Source: Felis catus
Lineage: Eukaryota
Direction: 5' to 3'
NCBI RefSeq assembly: GCF_018350175.1
Contig: NC_058373.1
Coordinates: 108,688,001 to 108,752,000 of the forward strand
Length of the DNA: 64,000 nucleotides
Within the stretch, counting starts at the first letter, position 1, and the number at the start of each line of letters is the position of its first letter. Under the pieces are notes generated by a model, which was not told where the DNA came from, ran no database searches, and saw only the letters and a list, made by a program, of their open reading frames with translations. Both the position numbers and the translations under genes were made by a program. Of the stretch, positions 27,518-41,283 are shown in pieces.

Positions 27518-27777
27518 CAGTGGTTCTCAGCCAGAAACAATTGTGCCTCCCAGAGGACATTTGGCAATAGCTGGAGATACATGTGGGGGTTTCCACAGTG
27601 CAGAGGCGTGGTGGAAAGGACAGGGTTGCTACTGGCATCTAGTGGTTAGAGGGCAGGGATATTGCAAATATCCTGCAATGCATAGGACAGTCCCCAACAA
27701 CAGTGTAATCTGGTAATTACGAAGCAGTATAATTATCTGACCCCAAGTGTCAGTAGTGCCCAGATCGAGAAACCATG
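27518..27777. mobile_element. MER20 (hAT-Charlie MITE)
   Basis: TIRs CAGTGGTTCTCA / CGAGAAACCATG; internal GGACATTTGGCAAT, TGCTACTGGCATCTAGTGG, AATTATCTG; degenerate 8-bp TSD ACTTAttc / ACTTAggt. Confidence 0.88.
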
Positions 27778-28381
27778 ACTTAGGTGAATCCCTCACTAAA
27801 ACTCTTACAGGCTCTTATTTAACCTAATGTGATATTTCAAGGGCATTTTCAATGTTTGTTTTGCATTGGTGGTTAATATCATGGGAAATCCTGAAGTCAA
27901 CCCCATCACCAAAGCCATATGTGTATATATATAGTCTTGGATTATTACTACCCTCTAATTATGATTTTATGACTGTTACTATGATATATGAAATGGTGAA
28001 GTGTACCTATGAGAAAACCCCATGGGAACACCAATCATTTAAGTATCACTGTTAGAATATGTCTTGTTTACTTACATGATCATACTATGAAAACTTGAAT
28101 GAGACAGGTCAATTATACTGGGTAGTTGAGTATTCATATTGCTATTTTTAGATAATGCAAATTATTTGGATTGAACATATATAAACCTGAATAAATGGAA
28201 AGAACTAACATTGAAATTTAAATAGATTATAATGTTTATGTAATACTAATGTAACTGGTATCCAGTTTTGTATCCCAGAGTGTGTTTACAGAAGTTGAAG
28301 ATACAATACAGAAATACATTAGCATGAGCCTATTTGAAGAGTTAAGAGGATAAGAGAATGGAGTATACAGCATTGAGTGGA

Positions 28382-28495
28382 TAGGATGACTATATAATTA
28401 GTCAAACCAGGGCACCTGTGAGAATGAGACACTTTTAATATTTAAACCCAAGACAAGGACTGTTTGGGAGCAAACCAGTATATATCATCATCCTA
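28382..28495. mobile_element. MER81-like hAT-Blackjack MITE
   Basis: 114 bp bounded by inverted TAGGATGA / TCATCCTA, with internal CAAACCAGGGCAC and GGACTGT..GCAAACCAG. Confidence 0.65.
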
Positions 28496-29021
28496 CCCAT
28501 GACCAATGCCTCGGATTTGGAAAAACTAAAAGGGGATGGTACTGAATTTAATATAGTGCCTTAAGGGCTATAATACATAGAAAAATATATTTTTTTTTAA
28601 TTCTGGGACATGGAAAGACTCTTTCAACATGGGAAGATGCCACAGCTTTGGAACTAGAACCTTTGTCATTGACAAAAGTGCTTTATCTGAAATAGGAAGT
28701 AGCTTTGAAGTGTCCTTATCAGTACCTTGATATGAATAGTGGTTTTTGAGCAATAGACTTTGCCACAGGGAGATGGAGCAAGAGAAGGGAAACAGCATGT
28801 ACCATATACTATTTGAGGGGACCACTTCAGAATAATGTGAGGTGCTCCCCGGAGAGCTGGGAAGCCATTGGGTGAGGAGTAAGGGAAGGTGAATGGAGGT
28901 AAGGAATGGGGGACAAAGTACAATTACAGTTCTATGAGCAGAACTAGAGCAAATAAATGTGTTTACTACAAATACTCACAATTCTTTGATCTGTTTTGTT
29001 CTTTTATTCATTACAAATACT

Positions 29022-29122
29022 ATTTTTTTTTAGTGTAGTTGACACAATGTTACATTAGTTTCAGGTGTACAGCATAGTGATTAACTTCTCTATACATTAT
29101 GCTCACCGCAAGTGTAGCTACC
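29022..29122 (-). mobile_element. Short L1 3'-end fragment (older carnivore/L1MA-type)
   Basis: T tract, then TAGTTGACACAATGTTACATTAGTTTCAGGTGTACAGCATAGTGATT. Confidence 0.75.
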
Positions 29123-29452
29123 CTTTAATTTTTATCCTGCTTGAGGACTTGTGAGGGAATCCTAGTTATATTAGACAGATAAGACCTAGAAAATGTGAAT
29201 TCTGTGTCCCCCAGATGAGATGATCAACTTGGGGCTTTTGGAAAATCTCTGCAGATAGCCAGAGAACATTTTAGGACAGGAGTGGTCTAATGCAGGTGGC
29301 CTCAAGGCTCTGTACCCAGAAGAGATGGAGGCCATTTCAGAATTATGAATAAATCTAAAGAAGTGGCTACTTAGGGTTTAGATGCTGGGAGAGGGGCAGT
29401 TTGAGCATGAAACATGAACTTGTGAAGTCACCTGAAATGAAGAATGCATGCC

Positions 29453-30339
29453 TGTAAGCTGGGTTCCTAAACCCGATTTCCACGTGTGTGTGCGTGTGTG
29501 TGTATGTGTGCATGCAAATCCCCACACATAAAACAAGCGATAATCAGGTGCCAGCTGGGTGTCCTATGATCCAGTTCAATTCTGATACTATCTACCTGGA
29601 GGTAGCATCAGATTCCATAGGTGAAGGACTCAGTGCTACAATACTGCCTACCACTACCCGCCTGACTCCCTTCTACCTACTTCAGATTGTAGTTGCACAC
29701 TACATTATCATCTGTGCTTCTGACCAAGCTACTATAGATTGGAGTTTCCAGTGACCCCCTCCAACTCAGGATACCAATTGCAAGTCCAGGTTGTTACCTA
29801 TATTTCCAAGTAATTGGCTATAAACCAGTTGTTCCCAAGACTCCTCCTTGGGCTTTATTAGTTTGCTAGATTGGAGCTCACAGAACTCAGAGAACACTGT
29901 ACTTACTAAATCACTCAGTGTATTATAGAAGGAGGTAACTCAGGAATACGCAGATGTTAGAGATGCCTGGGCAAGGTCATGGGAAAAGGGTGCAGAGCTT
30001 CCATGTACTCCTAGAGCACACCAATCTCCCAGCAGCTCTATGAACCCTATCCTTTTGGGTTTTTATGGAGGCTTCATTACATAGGCATGCTTGATTACAT
30101 CACTGGCCAATGGGGGCCCAGAGGTCAGGTGTGGGGCTGAAGCTTGCAGTCCTCCTTTCACAAGGTTGGTTCCCCTGGCAACCAGCTTCCATTACCTTAG
30201 GTGCTTTCCAAAAGTCATCTTATTAATGTAACAGAAGATACATCCGTGGTTCTCTTCACTTAGGAAATTCCAAGGGTTTTAAGAGCTCTGTAACATAAAA
30301 GGGACCTAGACCAAACATGTATTTTTTATGATCATCACA
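29453..30339 (-). mobile_element. LTR element, MER21-like
   Basis: CCAGCTGGGTGTCCT..CAATTCTGATACTATCTACCTGGAG..TAGCATCAGAT, GCTCACAGAACTCAG, GGAGGCTTCATTACATAGGCATG, ending AGACCAAA..ATCACA (reverse complement of the MER21 start). Confidence 0.8.
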
Positions 30340-30359
30340 GTGCTTAAGCTAGTTTTTTA

Positions 30360-30546
30360 AAAATTTATTTTTTTTGAGTATAATTGACACCAAGTTACAT
30401 TAGTTTCAGGTATACAACAGTGATTCGACAAGTTTATGCGTTCTGCTGTGTTCATCACAAGTATAGCTACCGTCTGTCGCAATATCATTGATTATATTCC
30501 TTACTCTGCGCTCTTTATTCCTATGATTTACTGATCCCACAAACGG
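30360..30546 (-). mobile_element. Short L1 3'-end fragment with TSD
   Basis: Same family as the 29022 copy (TTACATTAGTTTCAGGT..ACAAGT.TAGCTACC); flanked by AAGCTAG(T/A)TTTT. Confidence 0.78.
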
Positions 30547-32297
30547 AAGCTAGATTTTAATTGTGCATAAGGGCCATCAAACTTTTCAATATCAAATGTT
30601 AATGTAATAATCGGGAACAGTTGATATAAGCTATATACCTGAATCAGTGGGTGACCCTTATGTACTTTTATTCATATTGCCTCAAGGCCTTCCTGTCGAT
30701 TTACTTGTTCCTCTCTGGGTTGGTGGTTTATCTTTGAATACTGGCCCAAGTTACACCTTTTTACTGGAGACTTTTCCTGGTATTTCAGAGGCATTGACCA
30801 CATCTTTGAAGTCCTTTACCTCATATAGAGGTTCTTAATGTTTTCATGTTTAACTTTTGAGAAATTCACACTTTCACACATTAGTTACAAATAAACATGG
30901 CAATGTGTACCACCAGTAGTTCAATTTCTGAAATGGTGCTATTTTAGCCTGGACAGAGATGTTTGAGCCAAGGTTTGACTATTGTGTTTCATTTGCATTA
31001 TAACCTTATGAGAAATGAAAGGAAAACGGAAGATAAAAAAGATAAGCATAGTTTTTATAAACTTTATTTAGTTGAGACCAAGTTGACATTTATTAAGTGT
31101 GTTTAGTATATAGACCTTTTAGTTAAAAGGTCACAGTGGTGAAACAGGTTTGAAAAAAATGCTACGTCAAATCGAGTATGTAAGTTTGTTTTTTTCTTAC
31201 AGGCTTTTGCGATCATTGGATATGCTGATATTCATGGTGATTCCCCAAGAGAGGACGGCTATTAAGCATTTCCTAAATATATTTGACCATAAGATCCTTT
31301 TTTGGTGGAGAATATGTTAATATTACAACTTAAACAATTTTGGGAAATATTTCACCAGAACATATTCTCCAGGTGTTTCTTGGGAACTTCTTCTTTCCTT
31401 CCTTTCAAATTTGCAAGTACCCTTATAGCATATGTTTTTTCGTGTAAAATAGAGTAATTTCCCCCATATGTAGTATATAATTTTCCCCACTAGGAAACGT
31501 ATGACGAGTCTATATATTAGGAAGTTCCACTTTTCAGGTAACAAAACTTTTTATTTTGGCTAGGAAATATCACCTTACTTGATTTTCCTGTAATTTTACT
31601 TCTGTCTCAGCATGATCAGTTGATGTTTTGTTCATTTTTATGTTTATTTTGGGGGAGCTGGGGACATGTTTTCACTTAGAAATAAAGTCTCTATCACATT
31701 CTACCACAGGATTTAACAACTCAGTGGTGGTAAGGTGAATAAAAGTCTCCTTGAGATGTGCATAGGTGCTTAACAGGTTGGCTCACTAGCTAAGTCTCTT
31801 GTTTCTGTACACTCAATGCAAATTCACTCCTTAACAAAAACAATGATCTGTTACTATCTCATGTTACTGTCTCTTGAGTAACAGTTACTTACAATTACAT
31901 TTACTTCCAATTCGTTGAAAGGACTTTTCTTTCCAAGAATGCCAAAGGTTTTCTGTAGCAAGTTTATGTTGTATTATCCATTTGTCTCTTGTGAGCTTAG
32001 TTTTTATTTTTTATTTATTTTTATTTTTATTTTTTATTTGCCCCGGGACAGGATCCTATTCCCAGAGTGTGGACCAAATTGTTTCTCGACCTGAAAAACT
32101 CAAAACCTGACTTGATTATCTGTAGTGACTTCCTGGAAGACCTACCAACAACTGGTCCATTGATCTTTCGCTTAGCACTTCCCTCTACGCATGCCCCTTC
32201 CATCCATTACTCACCATTTCCATTTACTGAGCATTCTACTCCCTGTGGATGCTATTCTAAGCTTTTAACATCATTTCCTCCTTTGATACTCAACCCT

Positions 32298-32486
32298 CAA
32301 GGCCAGAGTGTAAGTTTTGGCTGTGCAGGCCACAAGGTCTCTGCCACAACTATTCATCTCTGCTGTTGTAGCATGAAGGCAGTCATAGACAATACACACG
32401 TATGGTTGTGCTCTAATAAAACTTTACTTATAAAAGTAGGCCATAGACCAGATTTGGCATACAGGGTATAGTTTTCTGACCATTGC
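32298..32486. mobile_element. MER58A-like hAT MITE
   Basis: GGCCACAAGGTCTCTGCCACAACTATTCATCTCTGCTGTTGTAGC..AATAAAACTTTA..AGATTTGGC..TAGTTTTCTGACCATTG. Confidence 0.8.
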
Positions 32487-33812
32487 TCAAAAGCACCCTA
32501 CCAGATAAATATTCTCATCTTTGTCCTACTAATGAGGAAACTGAGGGGTGTGGAAATTAAGGTCCAAGATTGCTATGTTGGTTAGCAGAGGAGCTAGGAT
32601 TAAAACCTAGGTCAGCCTGATGGAAAAGCTCATGCTTTTTCTACCCTGTAAGCTTGTCCTTATACCAGAGGGTAGGAGTTAGATATCTAGGGGGAAAAAA
32701 AGGGAAGAGGGCTTATATTCACTATGAGGGGAAAAAACAAAGGCGTGGAGCTCATGGTCCATTTTAGTGACAGTAAGTAGATGAGCTTGACAGTAGAAGG
32801 GGGGAAACAGAAGGTGTGGTTCAGAGGAGTCACATGCAAGGCTTCAGGGAAAGCTAGGAATTGTGTGAGGCTAGCTGCTTAAAATGATCAAGATGCTTTT
32901 AGATACTTATTCATTATGCATTACTAACAGTGCCTGTCACAGTGTAAATATCTTGGCCATGAAGTATTTTATATATATGTGCACACACACATGCACACAA
33001 TATTGAAGAGAAACATAAATCTGTTGAGTGAATGATGGGTTACATGAAGATACACCACATGAGAAAATACAGGTATGAGACTATTACAGTTATTAAGCAG
33101 TTAAGGTAGGTGTTACCTTGGGGGCTAGAGCATGAATTTTTTTGAGAGTAGAGGTCATTCATGTCTGCACCTTATCTAGAACATAACATGAAGCCCGAAT
33201 GATAGCAGATGCTCCCAAGATGAATAAATGAAGAAGTACAGGGAAAGGGAAAATCAGATGCTGGTGTCTCAATAGATGTCTCAGAGGATGAATAGGAACA
33301 TCATGAAGGCAAAAAGGGAAAGTATGAAGTAGCAGCTGTTTAAAGATAATCCTGATAAATTCATTCTAGACATGTTGAATTGTGTGGAGCCTGTGTTTGT
33401 TCTTTTCTCTCGTGTAACTTCCACTCTCCTTTTTTGGATGCCTCATTCTCCTTTGACTTGCTTGGCCAGTATTGAATGCCTGAAACCCTTTGCTTGTAGA
33501 AGTTATCCCCTAAATAAGATATTAGGTAGTGATGGCTTCCTGTTCACACCCCGGACATTATCAGAGATAAAAAGAAGCACTTACCAATTTCCACATATCT
33601 CCTTCCTCACTTAATCCATTCCCTCACTGTCTTCTCCAAATTTTCAATAAATAATTCGTAAAGAAAGGTCAGAGCTTCAGGAAGCTTTTAGTTTCTATAA
33701 AGATGATTCACAAGAAGAGGAAAAATATCCATAACCTTTAGAATTCTTTATACGTTTAACAAATGTTTAGAGAGCCTGTTGTACGCCAGATACTGTGCTA
33801 GACATGCGAGAT

Positions 33813-34437
33813 TGTAAAGAGCAATGTGGGAGTCACTTGTATCAAACAGGGGCCTATGGGAAGCAATGATACAAGCAGCTAAGGGCATTGCAGCTAAGAC
33901 CAGATTTTGCTGAGACCAGCATCAGCTGGTGATGCATTCAGAAAGGGTAACCAGTAGAAACAGAGGAGGTCTGCAAAGACCCAAGACTGATTAAATACCT
34001 TTAAAAAAGAGAGAATTTTTGCAGCAAACTGTCAGGCTCCTCAGACACTGAACCCTCTATGTTTGACCACTTCAAAAAGGCAGCTGGTGCCAAGGGTTCT
34101 ACCAGATTGATCTCCAAAAAGAACAGAGATCCTTGACTGCTAGAACACTATAGTAAGTGCTGAGAGCTGACCTGGACCAGACTGAGGCCTTATCTCAACT
34201 GCACTCACAGACTGACTTAGCGTTTGGTTCATTAACTTCCTACCCTCTGTTCTATCTTGTCTTGTACTTTGTTTTGTGTGATGTGTAAGAAGGCGAGTTA
34301 AACACGTAGTAGAGTGTCATTGAGTTTGAAATCCTGAACCTGCTTCATAATAGTTAACCTTGCTTTGTTTACTGAATAAAGCTGACATTGTAGAAAGACA
34401 CAACCCCTGTGTGTGCCTTCAGAGTGTGCTTATGACA
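33813..34437 (+). mobile_element. Solo LTR, 625 bp, 5-bp TSD (probably class III / ERVL-like; family not recognised)
   Basis: Begins TGTAAAGA and ends TTATGACA. Flanked by exact GAGAT at 33808-33812 and 34438-34442. AATAAA at 34375-34380, ~57 nt before the end. Appears to interrupt an L2-like relic. Confidence 0.8.
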
Positions 34438-35171
34438 GAGATCCAACAGGGCACAGAAAGACATCCACTGAACTGAAAGCTCAGTTCAAGAACTGGGGTA
34501 AATCTGACCACCAAGGAGGCTTTTATGTTTTTATTTTATTTAGTTACTTGCACTGACCACCAGAAGTCTTGTAAATGATTCTGGTAAGGTTTTGAGATGG
34601 TCTATTCTCCCTCTCATAGGCCTTTCCTTTAAGGTCAAGTTTTATAATAATTAGCACTACTGGCCTGAAGGTGGTGCAGAAAATGGCAAACAATACAGTT
34701 CTTTGCCTAGTGGATTGCCATGTATTTATTAGCTATTACTGTCTTTGTTTCTACCTGAAAGTTTAATGTCCTGAGGCCAAGTATAACAACGTAATTTTAA
34801 AATAAAAGTATTAATCAAGATATGTAGTTTTAAAATTACTTACTCTGTCTCAGGACATTAATGTTTTATATGTATTTATTGCTGTGGGCTAGCAAAACAC
34901 TTGTGGAGGGTTTCTCTAAGGTATAAATTTCAGAGTAAAATTTGCACACAAATTGAGTAATGTCCACACAAGTCATTTCTCTATTGTTTTCTGGAATCTG
35001 GTTACTCTACAAAAGTGAAATTCTCCTTACCAGCAAAATCAGGTAGGCTAATGGGTGGTATTTGGGGTCTTCCTTTAATCTTTTAAGGCCAAAACTTTTC
35101 AAAGAGTGAGGACAAACTTTCGCAAAGGTACTTTCTGTGAGAGCTTGCAAAAACAATACTCTTACTCAATA

Positions 35172-35383
35172 GGGGTGCCTATGTGGCATCCAACTCTTGA
35201 TTTTGGCTCAGGTCATGATCTCATGAACAATGAGACTGAGTCCCTGCCTAGGGCTCTGCAATGTGCTGACAGGGTGGAGCCTGCTTGGGATTCTCTTGCC
35301 CTCACTCTCTGCCCACCACCACCCTCTGCCACGCACATGTGTGCACACTCGCTCTCTCTCTCAAAATAAATAAACATTAAAAA
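35172..35383 (+). mobile_element. Carnivore SINE
   Basis: GGGGTGCCT..GGCTCAGGTCATGATCTC..CTCTCTCAAAATAAATAAAC; TSD AATACTCTTACTCAA at 35155-35169 and 35384-35398. Confidence 0.92.
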
Positions 35384-36779
35384 AATACTCTTACTCAAGA
35401 ATGAGAGGGGGAACAAAGGTTGGTTGATTTCTGCAAGAGTTAAATCATGCTATTTATTTATTTCCTTCCTAAGATGGCATCTTGACCCTCTCCTATACAT
35501 CATCAACCTGCTTCTAGGGATTGGCAGCTTCTTTAGCCTCTTTGGGGGCATTTTCTTTTTGACACATTTAGCTGTCAGAAGAATCCATGTCTCCATTTAC
35601 AAGTAATGGGTTGAAAGAAGTCATGTGATATTACTTTCCATTTCTTTGGGTGACATTTCATGACTCTTTTACTTCAGTTCCCTGTGTCTCTAGCATTTGT
35701 ACAGTGTTTTGTAGATTTTGAAAGCATGTTAACATTCATTATTCCATTTATCCTTCCTGATGATCCCGCTGGGTAGATAGGACAGCTTATATTATCCCCA
35801 TTCAAAAAATGAGAAACCTGACACACAGTTTATGACTTGCTAAAAGTTACATATTAAAAAATAGAGCTGGAACAGAAGCCTAGACCTTGTGTCATGTCAA
35901 GGAAATACTAATGATACTCCTGATTCTTTTTTTTTTATTACAAAAATTAAGCATGGTTTCTGACTTAAAAAAAAAAAAGATTCATGTACTTCCCTAAAAG
36001 GACATTCCTTAATCCTGTACTTCACAGGGAAAAACTACTTACAGTTTGGTATATAGTCTTGTAGATTTTTATATAAAGATACTTTTAAATAACACAAACA
36101 CTTAACTTAAAACATTTTGAATGGTACCATATTAAATATACTGTTTTGTTGCATGTTTTTTACCTTTTTAATAATAAGTTCCTGATAATTTTCTATCAGA
36201 CGAGAGAGCAGTCATTATTTCGACCACTTGGAATATTTTGTACATGAATATATCATAATTTCTTTAATCAGGCTCCTATTAATGGGCATTAAATACCTTT
36301 CCCAAATGTTATTAAAAACAATGCTGGAATGAGCAGCCTTTCATTATATGTGTGGGGACAGGGGGTGACTATTGGACGGTTTCCAAAAAGCACAAGTATA
36401 TACATATTAGAAATTTTAATAGATTTTTCTCCATTGGCCTCTCAAAAGGCTTCAATAATCTGACACCTGAAAGTACAGTCTTAACTTACACCCTGATCAA
36501 CACAAGCTATAATCAGTTTTTGCTCTTATCTTTGCTATTTCTTTCTACTAGAAGTTATTTAATTGTTCATATTATAGGTTCTTAAGATGAATACTTTTAA
36601 TCTTCTAATAAGTACAGTTAGGTGTATACAATCTCCACTGAATATCAATTAAGGTCTACCCTATATTTTAGCCTATAAGATGAAATATTATCATGCATTT
36701 TTCCATAGTTTCTAATTTCTGCATAGATTTCACCTTTAAAATACCTTAGATAAGTTTTAGTTTCTAACTGGATAGATTA

Positions 36780-36975
36780 TTTTTTAAGTTTATTTATTTT
36801 GAGATAGAGCACAAGTGGGTGAGGGGCAAAGAGGAGAGACAGAACCCCAAGAAGGCTCTGTGCCATCAGCACAGAGCCCAGTATGGGGCTCAAAACCACA
36901 AACTGCAAGGTCATATCTGAGCCAAGCTGAGATAGAGAGTTGGATGTTCAACCGACTGAGCCACCCAGGCACCCC
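36780..36975 (-). mobile_element. Carnivore SINE
   Basis: Ends CAACCGACTGAGCCACCCAGGCACCCC; degenerate TSD TCTAA.TG(G)ATAGATT. Confidence 0.9.
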
Positions 36976-37639
36976 TCTAATTGATAGATTTTTTGTTCAA
37001 TTTGTTAATTTAAAATATTCTTGCTTTGCAGTGAGAAAATATGGTTTCTTGTTTTTGGAATTTATTCTTGACAAATGCATGTTCATTTTCAGTAAATGTT
37101 AAAAGCTTTTTAGAAAATAATGTGTAATCTGTATTTTTTGGACAAGAAAAAACAAAATTTATAGTGGTATTAAGGTTCATTTAAGTCTTGTACTATGCTG
37201 GTGGATTTGTCATTTATTTGTTACTAACATTTTGTTTTGCATATATGCCAATGTTAGATGCATAAAATTTAATCATGTATCTTTTTTATGATATATCTTC
37301 TTTATCAGTGTTAAATAATCTCTTCGTTTAAATTTTTTTTCCACCTCAAAAAGACTATGTTTTTGATATTGCCATTCAAATGTTTTTTGTTACCCTTTTC
37401 CAGGTCTATCTTTGCCCATCATCTTTTCTCACCCACAAAAGAGATTTTGTTTCATGTTATTTTGGAGTACTTTTTATAAATAGCATATAGCTAACTTTAA
37501 AAACTCAATCTAAGAATCATTGTCTTTGAATATTAGTCATTTAACATGTAGTCCTTGCTTATAGGAATTGATATAATTATTCTTGATCTTATCTCTTTTA
37601 ATGTTTTTAGTATTTTCTTTTTCTGATGTCCTCCCCCAT

Positions 37640-37665
37640 TTAAAAATTTTTTTCTAATGTTTATT

Positions 37666-37716
<51 letters not shown>

Positions 37717-37900
37717 AAGTGTGAGCAGAGGAGGGTCAGAGAGAGAGAGAGAGACACTCACACACACAGAATCTGAAGCAGGTTCCAGGCTTTGAGTTAT
37801 CAGCACAGAGCCCAATGCTGGGCTCAAACTCAATGAACCTTGAGATTATGGCTTGAGCCAAAGTTAGATGCTTAACCAACTGATCTATCCAGGTGCTTCC
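37640..37900 (-). mobile_element. Carnivore SINE with expanded (GA)n
   Basis: ACAGAATCTGAAGCAGG..CAGCACAGAGCCC..CTTAACCAACTGA; long GA tract at 37669-37714. Confidence 0.9.
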
Positions 37901-39287
37901 CTCAGAGCTAGGGAGCATGAGAGAGAAAGAGAGTGTCCCCAGGATAGAAAACAAAGTTTTTAACCTAATCTCAGAACTGACATCCCATCACTTCTGTATT
38001 GTATTTATCTGAAATGATTCACTAAGTCCAGCTGTTAAAGAGAGGAGAATTACAGAAGGACTTGGATACCAGAAGGCACGGATCACTGTGGTGTCGGGGA
38101 GGCTCTTGCTATGAGGTTCCCCATTGTTTCTTCTTTTTTTTTCTTATTATTTTGAAGACATTGACTCAGTGTCTTCTAGCATCCCCCTCTTTTGTATTTT
38201 ATTTTGCAAATAAGATGACTGCAGTCAATCTGATTGTTCAGATTTTTCAGAAAAGGTAACCACTTGTTCTCCGGATGAATTTAGTGTCTTTTTGTATCTA
38301 GAACTCTGAAATTTCACTGGGTTTTTTCTAACTTCCATATTTTATCATTATTCATGATCATCTGTTAACATTCTCTTTAAATCTGAAGATGCATGTTTAT
38401 TTTTAGCTTAGAGATATTCTGTTATCTATTTCTTTCCCCTGTTTTCTCTGTGGTTGACTTGTGGAAAACATAATATGGATATTGGAACTTCTGTATTTAT
38501 CTTTTATGTGTTTCATATTTTTCATCTTTGCTTCCATGGGGTCATATTTTGGGTAAATATTTCAACTCAGTTTTCTAGTTCATTAATTTGTTTCTCTCAG
38601 TTTTATCCATTCTGTTTTGTACATCTATTTCATTTTCCTAATTTGAAAATGTTTGAAATGAAAATGTGACCAGGGGCTTGCAGGAACCTAACACCAAATT
38701 TCCCCTAGAAACAATGTTTTGGTAATTGCTAAATCAGTATTTGCTATAACTTTATAGAACATAATCACCAAGAACAAGAATTGACTGTACTTCAAAGGAA
38801 CTTGGCTTTGAAAAGGTGGAAGGAGAAATGTGCTTTTAAAGTGACAAGGAGGACACCTGCTGGCATCCTATTCTTGAAGCCTCTCTTGAGAGTGTGTCAT
38901 CAGACCCCAAGTGCTTAGAAGACTTCTAGGTTTCCTTTAAGGCCAGGAGGTGAAGGGTATATTCAGAGAGGAGCTTGAAGTTGTAGGAGAGTCTGCTTAT
39001 TTTAGATCAGGAGCAGCAAAGGGCACAGTGAAGTATTTTGGAGGGAGAGGAGCTAGAGATTGATACGATGTCAGCCCTTTAGGGCATGTACACTGGCACT
39101 GTAGTTTGGAGATGCGAGTTAGTGGATGATCTGGTTAAATTAGGCTTTTGGAAATGATGAAGCAAGTAGAAATGTGAGGCATGATAGGAGATTAGCCTGG
39201 TGGTTTGCTGGAGAAAAGTGGGTAGTTAAGCACTTCTTTCTGTGGCTTGTGGTAATGTAGATGTAGGTCAACAGTAGCTGGATTTCT

Positions 39288-39520
39288 TTTCTTTTTTTTT
39301 TTTTTAATTTTTTTTTTCAACGTTTATTTATTTTTGGGACAGAGAGAGACAGAGCATGAACGGGGGAGGGGCAGAGAGAGAGGGAGACACAGAATCAGAA
39401 ACAGGCTCCAGGCTCTGAGCCATCAGCCCAGAGCCCGACGCGGGGCTCGAACTCATGGACCGCGAGATCGTGACCTGGCTGAAGTCGGACGCTTAACCGA
39501 CTGCACCACCCAGGCGCCCC
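39288..39520 (-). mobile_element. Young felid SINE (SINEC_Fc-like)
   Basis: Nearly the reverse complement of the 50819 copy; CpGs intact; TSD TGGATTTCT at 39279-39287 and 39521-39529. Confidence 0.97.
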
Positions 39521-39747
39521 TGGATTTCTGATGTTGTAGTTAGTCTAAAAGTATGCCTGAAAGTTTCATTTTTTTAAGGTTCATTTTGGACATGTAGGGA
39601 CTATGGGTCCTCCCCTAGCCCTGTGCAGTTGTATTTTCAATTTTTCTCCATCTTTTTTATACCCTGCCTATAACTCATAACATTATGGTCTGTCTGGTAG
39701 TGGTACCTCTGTATTAACTTTTCTGAACTATAAGATTTTGGTGTTAT

Positions 39748-39945
39748 TTTTAAAGTTTATTTGTTTATTTTGTAAGAGGGAAAGCACAAGTGGGGAGCAA
39801 CAGAGAGAGAGAGAGAAAGAGAGAATCCCAGGCAGGCTTTGCACTGTCAATGCAGAGCCAGATGCAGGGTTCGAACTCAGGAACCTTGAGATCATGACCT
39901 AAGCCAAAGTCAGACAGTTAACTGATTGAGCCACCTAGGCATACC
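39748..39945 (-). mobile_element. Carnivore SINE
   Basis: GAGAATCCCAGGCAGGC..GGTTCGAACTC..GAGATCATGACCT..GAGCCACCTAGG. Confidence 0.9.
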
Positions 39946-40059
39946 TGTTTTTATTTTTCGATATTACTTTTATCATTTTAGTGGTTCTTTGGGAAGGAGA
40001 CTGTGCTGAGCAAGCCATCTTGAACTTCAAGTCTCTGGTGATCTTTTAGAGAATGCATT

Positions 40060-40244
40060 TGTTTTTAATGTTTATTTTATTTTAGAGAGCTGGGAAGGGG
40101 CAGAGAGTGAGAGAGAGTTGCAAGCAGGCTCTGCGCTGTCAGCACAGAATCAGAAGTGGGGCTTGAACTCACGAGCCATGAGATCATGACCTGGGCCAAG
40201 TCCAAAAGTCAGATGCTTAACCAGCTGAGCCACCCAGGTGCCCC
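40060..40244 (-). mobile_element. Carnivore SINE
   Basis: Ends CTGAGCCACCCAGGTGCCCC; TSD TCTGGTGATCTTT on both sides. Confidence 0.9.
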
Positions 40245-41248
40245 TCTGGTGATCTTTCTACCATTTCTGTTCTATCTTTATTGTCTTTCCATTACCACAT
40301 TTAAAAAACTAAAACATCAACAGAAGAAATATTATCAAATAATTTTGAACACTGAGAGAAGGAAAGTGGGTTTAATTTTCTGCCTTTCAGATAGGAAAAT
40401 GCATATAGCACTTACTATGTTGATGTGGGAGCATACCTTTTAAATATTAATATGACTGTAAAATGGTAATGTTTAAATCTATGAAATGCCATTCCTTTAA
40501 CTGTAGGGATAAATGCATATCTGCTTCACCTTTAACATTTACCCTGCTGCCTTCTGACTATCAAGGTAACCAGAAGGCTCAAAAACATTCTAATCAATTC
40601 CTGCAGTGAGAGAAACTCTATTAATGGACTTAGTGCAATACAAAACAGAAACTGCCTATGCTGTTTTTTTTTTAAATGAAATAGAGTTACTACTTAATTT
40701 CAGGAAGACTTCTACCACTTTTCTTTGCTGCTATGAAGCTGCTCTGCATTTTTAAACAGACCTCTCCCTGTGACAAGAAGCTGTGGAGGCAAAGTACTTT
40801 TAGAGAAAAGTATTTTACTTCCAACAGGGAAGAGGATATGAGGGAGGTAGGAGAATTAGAAGTACATACAGTAAGCACAGGGCAAGTTGTTTGACAAAGC
40901 TAGGTTCCAGGACTCCTTCAGAACAATAGAGACAGGGTTTTCCAAATTGCTCCCTCTGATGTTTAACACTAGAAAAAATGATAATGTTTTAGCTTTCAAA
41001 TTACAAAGAGTTTTTCTTATTTGTATGCTAAAGGAAAATTCAGTTTCCACCTTGTAGAATTGTTTATATCTCAAGTATGAAAGTACATTTAATGTACTTG
41101 CTACAGTATTGCTTAATGCAAAATGTGGGGCATTTAATGCCATCACAATTCTTGTCTTTCTTATTTATACAAATAATTAGAAATGTATAAAGAATATAAT
41201 CACTTAGAATTCTGTTCTCCAGTTAGCCAGGTTATATTTCATGAGAGA

Positions 41249-41283
<35 letters not shown>

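Noticed and set aside
29022..30546. Similar sequences flanking the MER21-like LTR as direct repeats of a composite element
   Set aside because: Both are L1 3'-end fragments of different length, and the second has its own TSD, so they are independent insertions.
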